A stretch of DNA of 64,000 nt from positions 2,615-66,614 of the forward strand of contig CAYUCS010000001.1 of the NCBI GenBank assembly GCA_964443495.1. The letters run 5' to 3'. Shown one piece after another: positions 41,735 through 50,829 of this stretch. Position 1 is the stretch's first letter; every line of letters starts with the position of its first letter. The position numbers and the translations under genes are program-made. The DNA is from an uncultured Gammaproteobacteria bacterium (GTDB lineage: Bacteria > Patescibacteriota > Patescibacteriia > Patescibacteriales > GWE2-39-37). The notes below the pieces were generated by a model that saw nothing but the letters and a program-made list of their open reading frames with translations, was not told where the DNA came from and made no database searches.

Positions 41735-43039
41735 ATGACGTTGGAACAGGCAAAAGAATACGACCTTCCGAAGCGGCCGGGCAGTTATCAGTTTTATGAC
41801 GCTTCCGGCAAGCTGCTTTATGTCGGCAAGGCCGCGAACTTGAAATCGCGGGCGCTTTCGTATTGGCAGAAAAGCACCGGCCATTCTCCGGCCAAGGCAG
41901 CGATGGTCAAGGAGGTGGCAGACATCAAATGGATTGAGACTGACTCGGAAATCGAGGCTTTGCTGCTCGAATCCAACCTGATCAAGAAACATCAGCCGCC
42001 TTTCAATGTGACGCTGCGCGACGACAAGCGGTATGCGTATGTAAAAATCTCGCTGGATGATGAGATCCCAGGGGTGTTCGTGACGCGTACGATCGGCAAA
42101 GCGGGGAAATATTACGGCCCGTTCGTCAGCCTGACAGCAGTCAAGGAAACGCTGAAGACGATCAGGAGGATCTGGCCGTATTGCACGACTCGACGGCCGC
42201 AGAAAAAACCGTGCTTTTACTATCAGGTCGGGCGCTGCATCGGTATCTGCGGCGGCACGGTCACGAAGAAAGAGTATATGAACAAGGTGGTGCGGCCCAT
42301 CATGATGTTCTTCGAGGGCAAGAAAGGGAAAATAATTTCAAATTTAAAATTTAAAATTTCAAAACTGGAAAAGAATCTTGAAAAAGGGAAGCTGCATGAT
42401 GAAGAGCGGTTAGCAACGATGGCCGAATTGCAGAACGCAAATTTCCAACTGCTGAATATGCAGAACGTCTTGTCGCACTCCCACATCCTGGGACTTGAGG
42501 ATAAATACGCGACCGATGTAGTCGAGCTGGCTAAAGTGCTCGGCTTGCCGAGGACGCCGCAACGAATCGAGGGTTATGACATTTCCAACATCTTCGGCCA
42601 AGAGGCTGTCGGTTCGATGGTGGTCTTCGCCGAGGGGGAACCGGACAAGTCCGAGTATCGCAAGTTCAAGATCAAGGTCGGTCAAGGCCAAGCTAGTGAC
42701 ACCCGCATGCTGAAGGAGGTCTTGGAACGAAGGTTTAACAATGATTGGCCGCTACCCGACCTGATCATAGTCGATGGCGGCAAAGGCCAGCTGAACATGA
42801 TCGCGTCGGTCCTTAAGAAGCTGGAGCTTGAAATAATGCTGATCGCGATTTCCAAAGGCGAGGGCCTCCGTTCGGGCATTGCGCCAGACAAGCTTTATTT
42901 TCTGGGTCAGCAGCAGCCGCTCGAACTCCCGCTGGCTTCGCCGGCTTTGCATCTGATCAAACGAGTGCGCGATGAGGCGCACCGTTTCGCCATCAATTAT
43001 CACCGCGATCTGCGCAGCAAGTCTTGGTTGCGCAAGTAA
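41735..43039 (+). CDS. uvrC: UvrC-like excinuclease subunit, short form (434 aa) lacking the C-terminal (HhH)2 domain
   Basis: GIY-YIG block PGSYQFYDASGKLLYVGKAANLKSR. RNase-H-like endonuclease block RIEGYDISNIFGQEAVGSMVVF...IVDGGKGQLN...RDEAHRFAI. The ORF ends right after this domain. Confidence 0.8.
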   Translation: MTLEQAKEYDLPKRPGSYQFYDASGKLLYVGKAANLKSRALSYWQKSTGHSPAKAAMVKEVADIKWIETDSEIEALLLESNLIKKHQPPFNVTLRDDKRYAYVKISLDDEIPGVFVTRTIGKAGKYYGPFVSLTAVKETLKTIRRIWPYCTTRRPQKKPCFYYQVGRCIGICGGTVTKKEYMNKVVRPIMMFFEGKKGKIISNLKFKISKLEKNLEKGKLHDEERLATMAELQNANFQLLNMQNVLSHSHILGLEDKYATDVVELAKVLGLPRTPQRIEGYDISNIFGQEAVGSMVVFAEGEPDKSEYRKFKIKVGQGQASDTRMLKEVLERRFNNDWPLPDLIIVDGGKGQLNMIASVLKKLELEIMLIAISKGEGLRSGIAPDKLYFLGQQQPLELPLASPALHLIKRVRDEAHRFAINYHRDLRSKSWLRK

Positions 43040-43057
43040 AATCACATCTGGTATAAT
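43028..43057 (+). promoter_or_regulatory. Sigma70-type promoter with extended -10
   Basis: TTGCGC (43028-43033), 18-nt spacer, TGgTATAAT (43049-43057). Confidence 0.5.
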
Positions 43058-43083
43058 TGGATAGAGATTATTCTATTCGAATT

Positions 43084-45585
43084 ATGGCCAAAGGAGGGGC
43101 AAAAATTCTGATATGCTTGTTCGCGCTGTCAGGATTTTTTTATTGCGTCGTTTCGTTGAATCTGGTTTTGCGCGGAAGAGGGACGCAGGCCACGTCATCT
43201 CCAATGGTATTGTTGAGTGAAATAGCCTGGATGGGCAGCGTTGAGAATGAGAATCATGAGTGGATCGAGCTGAAAAACGTCTCATCAGAAATCGTGGATT
43301 TGTCCGGCTGGACCGTGGCGGCGGCAGACGGCACGCCTGATATCGTACTTAACGGCACGGTCGGACCCGATGGATATTTCCTGCTTGAGCGCACCAGCGA
43401 TCAATCCGTTCCCAGCGTGACTTCAAGCCAGATTTATACCGGCGCCCTGGGCAATGGCGGAGAATCTCTTGAGCTTCGAGATGCGTCTGGCGTTCCTGTT
43501 GATTTTGTAGCCGCGAGCACCAGCTGGCCCGCCGGAAACAACCAATCCAAACAGACGATGGAGAGAGGAGATGACGGAAGCTGGCATGCCAGCATCTTGC
43601 CTGGCGGCACGCCAGGATTTGAAAATAGCATCCCTACCTCCACCGTTTCTGACGTCTTGTCGGATCAACCCGCTACGTCGACTGTTGCGACCTCAACAGA
43701 GGCGGCGCCGCCTGCGACGGCAACTACGGCCACGGGTGCAGGACTTCCCGGGTCAGCGGAAGCGGAATTGGAAATAACGGAGATATTGCCCAGCCCCAAG
43801 GGCAGTGATACGGCCGGAGAATTCATCGAGCTGCACAATGCGGGCGGCGCGCCAGCCGATGCCACTGGTTGGCGCCTTGCTAGCGGCGAGCGCCAGTACG
43901 TAATCGTTGCGTCATCTTCGCGTTCGAACGTCATCCCGCCGAACGGGTATCTGGCGATTTGGCGCAGCGAGAGCCGCTTAGTATTACCCAACGACCAGGG
44001 GCAAGCCATGCTGTATTCGCCGGAAAAAACCGCGCCGCGCCAAGCCGTCAGTTACGAAAAGGCCCCGGAGGGCAGGAGCTATGCCAAGAATGAGATAAGC
44101 GAATGGCGCTGGAGCGGACAGGCGACGCCGGGCGAAGCGAATGCCATCAAGACGGAAAACTTGCCTCCGGAAGCTGATTGGTCGGTAAAATCAGTAATCG
44201 AAGCCGGCGAAACGGTGCTGTTTGACAGTTCTGATACGACCGACCCGGAAGATGACAAGTTGTCGTTCGTTTGGCAATTCGGAGACGGCGGCAGTTCGAC
44301 CGATCCGAGTCCGACGCACGCATTCCAGTCATTAGGACGCTTCAAGGTCGAGTTGTCGGTGAGCGACGGAACAAACAGGTCTGCCAAATCGCGGACCGTA
44401 ACGGTCACCGCGCCCAAGGCGACTTCTACGGCAAAATTGCCGGCAATTCCGGCGGAAAAGGAATTTACGATAATCATCAACGAGCTTTTGCCCGATCCTG
44501 CCGGCGAAGATTATGACGGAGAGTGGGTGGAGCTGTATAATTCGGGAAGCAAGGATGTCGATCTGCTGGGCTGGCAGATCGATGACGCATCTGGCGGCAG
44601 CAAGGCTTTCAGATTCGAAGACAGCGTTACGGTCAAGCCGTCGTCATTTTATCTGCTTGATCGGGAGGATAGCGGCTTGGCCCTGAACAACGGTTCGGAC
44701 GAGGCTAGGATATTTGACGGCTTCGGCCGGCTTGTCGATTCGGTCAAATATAGCGGGGCAAAAGAAGGCTTGAGCTATTCTCGCGACAAGAAAAATAATT
44801 GGCAGTGGTCAGTACCGACGGCAGGCAAGCCAAACCAGACCGTGACAACCGCCTTTAAAAAAAATACGCCGACGTTGAAAAAGAAGGCGGCCGTTTCGCA
44901 GAAAAAAACACCTGCCTCGGCCAAAGCGGCGCGGTTTACCGTCGAAGGCGTAGTCACTGCCTTGCCGGGCCATGTCGCTAAGCAAGTATTTTATATCGCT
45001 GGCGCTGATTGCTGGCAGATATATAGCTATCGCCGCGATTTTCCTAAGCTGAAGCTGGGCGATCGGGTGCGGGCCAGCGGAGCAGTCGAAAACATCAAGG
45101 GCGAAAAAAGGCTGAAGACCAGCAAGTCAGCCGATATCGTGGTTTTGGGCAGCGGAGTCGCGGCTGCGCCCGATGAGGTAAGCTGCCAAGAAGTGGGCGA
45201 GGCGAAATTGAGCCGCTTAGTCAAGGTTTCCGGGGAGCTGACCAGAAAGACATCGTCTTCGTGGTATCTCGATGACGGCAGCGCTGAAGTGGCGATATAT
45301 GTCACCAAGGCGTTGGCCGATAATTTTACGAAAATGGAAGAGGGCGAGCATCTGGAAGTCGTAGGCTTAGTGACCCCGGCAGCTGCTGGGGTCAGGATCG
45401 TGCCACGCGGCATCATAGACATTGTTTGGGCCAGGGCGGCGCAGGCAGAGGAGTATCCTGAAGCGCCCTTGGCGATACCCGCAAGAGATTCTTCGCTGGA
45501 GCTCAGGCAGTATATCCAGCTAGCCGGCATCGGCATCCTTCTGGCCCTTTTCGGCTGGTGGCTGCGCCGGCGCTATGCCGTTTGA
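43084..45585 (+). CDS. Membrane-anchored surface protein with three lamin-tail domains, a PKD domain and an OB-fold-like module
   Basis: LTD signatures (LLSEIAWMGS...EWIELKN, ITEILPSPKG...EFIELHN, INELLPDPAG...EWVELYN). PKD block FDSSDTTDPEDDKLSFVWQFGDGGSS...HAFQSLGRFKVELSVSDG. C-terminal FTVEGVVTALPG...LGDRVRASG OB-like segment and a terminal TM helix. I prefer ATG 43084 because the TTG at 43057 overlaps the -10 box. Confidence 0.8.
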   Translation: MAKGGAKILICLFALSGFFYCVVSLNLVLRGRGTQATSSPMVLLSEIAWMGSVENENHEWIELKNVSSEIVDLSGWTVAAADGTPDIVLNGTVGPDGYFLLERTSDQSVPSVTSSQIYTGALGNGGESLELRDASGVPVDFVAASTSWPAGNNQSKQTMERGDDGSWHASILPGGTPGFENSIPTSTVSDVLSDQPATSTVATSTEAAPPATATTATGAGLPGSAEAELEITEILPSPKGSDTAGEFIELHNAGGAPADATGWRLASGERQYVIVASSSRSNVIPPNGYLAIWRSESRLVLPNDQGQAMLYSPEKTAPRQAVSYEKAPEGRSYAKNEISEWRWSGQATPGEANAIKTENLPPEADWSVKSVIEAGETVLFDSSDTTDPEDDKLSFVWQFGDGGSSTDPSPTHAFQSLGRFKVELSVSDGTNRSAKSRTVTVTAPKATSTAKLPAIPAEKEFTIIINELLPDPAGEDYDGEWVELYNSGSKDVDLLGWQIDDASGGSKAFRFEDSVTVKPSSFYLLDREDSGLALNNGSDEARIFDGFGRLVDSVKYSGAKEGLSYSRDKKNNWQWSVPTAGKPNQTVTTAFKKNTPTLKKKAAVSQKKTPASAKAARFTVEGVVTALPGHVAKQVFYIAGADCWQIYSYRRDFPKLKLGDRVRASGAVENIKGEKRLKTSKSADIVVLGSGVAAAPDEVSCQEVGEAKLSRLVKVSGELTRKTSSSWYLDDGSAEVAIYVTKALADNFTKMEEGEHLEVVGLVTPAAAGVRIVPRGIIDIVWARAAQAEEYPEAPLAIPARDSSLELRQYIQLAGIGILLALFGWWLRRRYAV

Positions 45586-45590
45586 CGAGC

Positions 45591-45619
45591 TTGAAAAATA
45601 TGGGCGTTCGTTGTATAAT
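45591..45619 (+). promoter_or_regulatory. Sigma70-type promoter of ftsH
   Basis: TTGAAA (45591-45596), 17-nt spacer, TATAAT (45614-45619). Confidence 0.6.
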
Positions 45620-45663
45620 CAGGGAGCAAAAGCAAGTTATAAATAAATAATCATAACATAATC

Positions 45664-47484
<1,821 letters not shown>

Positions 47485-47502
47485 AGAGAAACGGTTTATA
47501 TT

Positions 47503-47535
47503 ACAAAGCGGCAGCAAGCCGCTTTGTTTTTATTT
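47503..47535 (+). terminator. Rho-independent terminator
   Basis: ACAAAGCGGC-agcaa-GCCGCTTTGT followed by ttttatttt. Confidence 0.85.
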
Positions 47536-47542
47536 TAAACAA

Positions 47543-47571
47543 TTGACACATTAAGTAAAATGTATTATAAT
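47543..47571 (+). promoter_or_regulatory. Consensus sigma70 promoter
   Basis: TTGACA (47543-47548), 17-nt spacer, TATAAT (47566-47571). Confidence 0.65.
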
Positions 47572-47615
47572 CAAGCTTTGTTTAGTTCATTTTAATAGAG
47601 GGAGGCAGCAAAGAC

Positions 47616-48092
47616 ATGAAAGTTCGAAGACTGGTGATTTTTACCCCGATCAAGCATGAACCTGGCGAATCGTTCGAGCGTCATGAAACGGCTTATCCTA
47701 ACATGATCAGGTCAGCCATCAGGCTGGCAGAGATGTCCAGGAATGCTAAGACGCCCTTGAAAAAGCGCATCGTGCTTTATCCGCCAACGCAATGCGGCGT
47801 GGCAACCGGGTCGCTCCTGGCTCAATTGTTCCATGCGAAAGTCGCTGAAACGCCGGAGCTTTTGCCGGAAAAGCCCCATGACATGTATTGCCGCGACGAA
47901 GACGCGCTGGCAGCCGTAATCAAAAGCTATAGCCTGGAGTATGAGTTCATAATTCTGGTTACGCACATCAATCATGCGACGACTGAGCTTTTTCTGACCA
48001 CCAACCTCGGCAAACTCCTTTCGTTGTCCGTGCCCGGTTGGCACGTGTGCCAGCATTCCGTAATCTGGGAATGCGAGCCGACGCAGCTGTAA
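47616..48092 (+). CDS. Hypothetical protein, possibly a degenerate histidine-phosphatase (SixA/PGM-like) fold
   Basis: SD GGGAGG. VIFTPIKHEPGE replaces the RHG motif. RIVLYPPTQCGVATGSLLAQ and FIILVTHINHATTEL are spaced like the SPxxRAxQTA and VxHxP blocks. Confidence 0.4.
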   Translation: MKVRRLVIFTPIKHEPGESFERHETAYPNMIRSAIRLAEMSRNAKTPLKKRIVLYPPTQCGVATGSLLAQLFHAKVAETPELLPEKPHDMYCRDEDALAAVIKSYSLEYEFIILVTHINHATTELFLTTNLGKLLSLSVPGWHVCQHSVIWECEPTQL

Positions 48093-48188
48093 GCGGAACA
48101 GCAGCTAGCCCTCGAGCAATCGAGGGCTATTTATTTGACTAATACTGACGCAATGCTACTCTTAAAATAAGACAATTAAGAAAAAAAT

Positions 48189-48536
48189 ATGGCCAATATT
48201 TACGGCATTGACACTGAAAAACCGGTCTCTCCGGAAGACGTCCGGGACGCAATCGTCGAGTGCTTCGTGGCGGCTCATAAGGAGCAGTTGGACGAGCTCA
48301 AGGAGTATTTGGATGAAGCGTCGAAGGACAATTTCGAAGAGATGAAGCGGATAAATGTCCGCCAGCTGATGCGCGGCATGTTCGAGCAGGCGGGCGGCGA
48401 TTTTGATAAGCCAAGCAAGGAAACGATTATGGCTGCCCTGGAAAAGATCAAGGAGTTCGCAGTTAATTTCAGGAATCAGGATATCGTGGCCAGGCATTAC
48501 GGTGAAATCGTGAAGTTGGTGGCCTTATTGAAATAG
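48189..48536 (+). CDS. Hypothetical acidic helical protein (115 aa)
   Basis: An ORF with ordinary coding composition, on the same strand and close to its neighbours. No recognised domain. Confidence 0.45.
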   Translation: MANIYGIDTEKPVSPEDVRDAIVECFVAAHKEQLDELKEYLDEASKDNFEEMKRINVRQLMRGMFEQAGGDFDKPSKETIMAALEKIKEFAVNFRNQDIVARHYGEIVKLVALLK

Positions 48537-48551
48537 ACGCTCGCAGAGCAA

Positions 48552-49847
48552 ATGAAGACTAATTCTACAAAAAAGGGCTGGCTGGCCATCGGGGCGATAT
48601 CGATGTTTCCGCTTCTGCCGTGGCTGGCGTTGAAGCCCCTGTCGGTCCGTTTTGCTGACGGCTGGGCGACGGCAATGAGCTTGGGCCAGCTGACCGGTCT
48701 GGTCGGCATGGCGATGTTCGCTTCGGCCATTATAATAAGCGCTCGAGCGAAGTGGCTAGATACTCTTTTCAACGGGCTGAACCTAGCCTATATCAGGCAT
48801 CACCAGGTCGGAGCGATCAGTTTTATCTTGCTGTTATTCCATCCGCTTCTTTTGGCGATCAAATATGGCCAATCCTCATGGCAGTCAGCCGCGCAATTTT
48901 TACTCCCAAGCGAAAGCGCAGCTTTGAACTACGGCAGGGCTTCGCTAGCCTTGATGATATTGCTTTTAGCGCTTACATTTTACGTGAAGCTGTCATATCA
49001 GACCTGGAAAATGTCGCATAAGTTTTTAGGGTTAGCATATTTTTTGGCGACCTTGCACTTGCTTTTTGTCTATAGCGACACAAGCCGAAGCTTCGTCCTC
49101 AAGGCCTATATGCTGGCCTTGTCATTTTCGGCCTTGGCAGCGGTTTTTTATCGGACAGTGGCCAGCCGGTTTCTGGTCAGAGTTTGCCGGTATCGGGTCG
49201 TCGCCGTAAACAGAATCAACGATGCTGTCGTAGAAATAGCCATGCGGCACGAGGATAAAGAGATGCCGTACAATCCTGGTCAATTCATTTTTATCTCGTT
49301 CAATCAGCCGGGGCTTGCCGAACAGCATCCTTTTACTATCAGTTCATCCGGAAGCCAGTTGTCGGTGGCTGTAAAAAAATTAGGAGACTACACATCTGAA
49401 TTGATCGGGCTGAAAATCGGCACTATCGCGACGATCGAAGGGCCGTATGGGCGTTTTTCATATCTTCGGTCGGTCAACAAGAAGCAGGTTTGGCTGGCTG
49501 GCGGCATCGGCATCACGCCGTTCCTGGGCATGGCACGCAGCTTAGGAGAGGTGTCGGATTACGACATCGACCTGGTTTATTGCGTCAAGAATACGGGCGA
49601 GGCAGCGTTTGCCGATGAGCTTAAGACGATCGCCGCAAGCCGTCCTTGGTTCCGTGTGCACCTCTTTTTTTCTGATGAGCAGGGGCGCATTTCAGCTTCT
49701 GCCGTCAGCCAGACTGTCGGCGGACTCAAGGATCGTGACTATTTCCTGTGCGGCCCTCCGGCGATGATGGGCGCAATCAAAGCGCAGCTAAAAAATTATG
49801 ATATTCCCGATGAACTTATGCACTCAGAGGAATTCGCAATGATATGA
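48552..49847 (+). CDS. NOX/ferric-reductase-type transmembrane flavocytochrome (FRD domain + FAD + NAD(P)H domains)
   Basis: Six hydrophobic helices with His pairs RHHQVGAISFILLLFHP and SHKFLGLAYFLATLHLL (H-x12/13-H). FAD motif HPFTISS. NAD(P)H motif LAGGIGITPF. C-terminal FLCGPPAMM. Confidence 0.8.
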   Translation: MKTNSTKKGWLAIGAISMFPLLPWLALKPLSVRFADGWATAMSLGQLTGLVGMAMFASAIIISARAKWLDTLFNGLNLAYIRHHQVGAISFILLLFHPLLLAIKYGQSSWQSAAQFLLPSESAALNYGRASLALMILLLALTFYVKLSYQTWKMSHKFLGLAYFLATLHLLFVYSDTSRSFVLKAYMLALSFSALAAVFYRTVASRFLVRVCRYRVVAVNRINDAVVEIAMRHEDKEMPYNPGQFIFISFNQPGLAEQHPFTISSSGSQLSVAVKKLGDYTSELIGLKIGTIATIEGPYGRFSYLRSVNKKQVWLAGGIGITPFLGMARSLGEVSDYDIDLVYCVKNTGEAAFADELKTIAASRPWFRVHLFFSDEQGRISASAVSQTVGGLKDRDYFLCGPPAMMGAIKAQLKNYDIPDELMHSEEFAMI

Positions 49848-50743
49848 TCAAAAAAATCGTCACCTTCAGCCTGTTCATTTTCGCGTCAGGCTTGGCTGGC
49901 ATAGTAATAGCCGGCTTTTTGGCGTCGCAACAAAAATGCGGCACTGCTCTCGTTCCAGGCTCCGGTCTGGCCGGCAGTCCGGCAGATGGAGCAGGCACTT
50001 CGACCCCGGGCCAGGTCGGCCCGGCCGGAACGGTCCTGTCGTCTGAGGAAGTGTCAAAGCATAATAGCGGCAACGACTGCTGGCAAATAATAAATGGCAA
50101 GGTTTACAGCCTTTCAGCTTATCTGAATCAGCATCCTGGCGGCGCGGAAACGATCGTTCCTTATTGCGGCAAAGAGGCCACGGCCGCCTTTTCCAACAAG
50201 GGCGGCCAAGGTAGCAATCATTCCGATTTCGCCTGGCAGCTTCTGGATAAATACCTGGTTGGATCGCTTGGCCAGGACACGCCTTCATCGGCCAGCTCGT
50301 CCGGCAGCTCACGGGCAGCTTCCCAGGCGCTTGCTGGCGAAATGAAGCCAGGGTTGCCCGACAATAAACCAGCCGCTGCAGCCGCCAAGGCGGGCGACAG
50401 CATCTCTTTGTCTGCCGCCGAGGCTGCTAAGCACAACACTGCCAAGAACTGTTGGCTGGTCGTTTCCGGGAAGATTTACGATGTATCAAGCTATCTAAGC
50501 AAACACCCGGCCGGTGCCGGAGCAATAACCCCCTATTGCGGCAAGGAGGCGACAGCCGCTTTCAGCGGCACTGGCGGCGGGCATGTCCACTCGAGTAATG
50601 CCTGGGGGCTGCTCAGCAGGTTTTATATCGGAACCATAGGACAATCGACCACGGCCTCAGCAATACAGCAAAACGCTGCAGGCGCACAGTCAGCAGCTCA
50701 GCAAGCGCCATCGGGAGGAGAAAGCGAGGAAGATGATGATTAG
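49844..50743 (+). CDS. Membrane-anchored protein with two cytochrome b5-like heme-binding domains
   Basis: ATGA start/stop overlap with the upstream gene. N-terminal TM helix. Two repeats (EEVSKHNSGNDCWQIINGKVYSLSAYLNQHPGGAETIVPYCGKEATAAF...NHSDF and AEAAKHNTAKNCWLVVSGKIYDVSSYLSKHPAGAGAITPYCGKEATAAF...HVHSS) are separated by Ser/Ala/Gly-rich linkers. Confidence 0.75.
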   Translation: MIKKIVTFSLFIFASGLAGIVIAGFLASQQKCGTALVPGSGLAGSPADGAGTSTPGQVGPAGTVLSSEEVSKHNSGNDCWQIINGKVYSLSAYLNQHPGGAETIVPYCGKEATAAFSNKGGQGSNHSDFAWQLLDKYLVGSLGQDTPSSASSSGSSRAASQALAGEMKPGLPDNKPAAAAAKAGDSISLSAAEAAKHNTAKNCWLVVSGKIYDVSSYLSKHPAGAGAITPYCGKEATAAFSGTGGGHVHSSNAWGLLSRFYIGTIGQSTTASAIQQNAAGAQSAAQQAPSGGESEEDDD

Positions 50744-50829
50744 GACGCCGGGAGGCGTGTTCAAGCGGTGCATACATGTGCCGCTTGTTTTTATTTGCCA
50801 TAATAAGCAATTTTTGTTGTAATGTGGGT

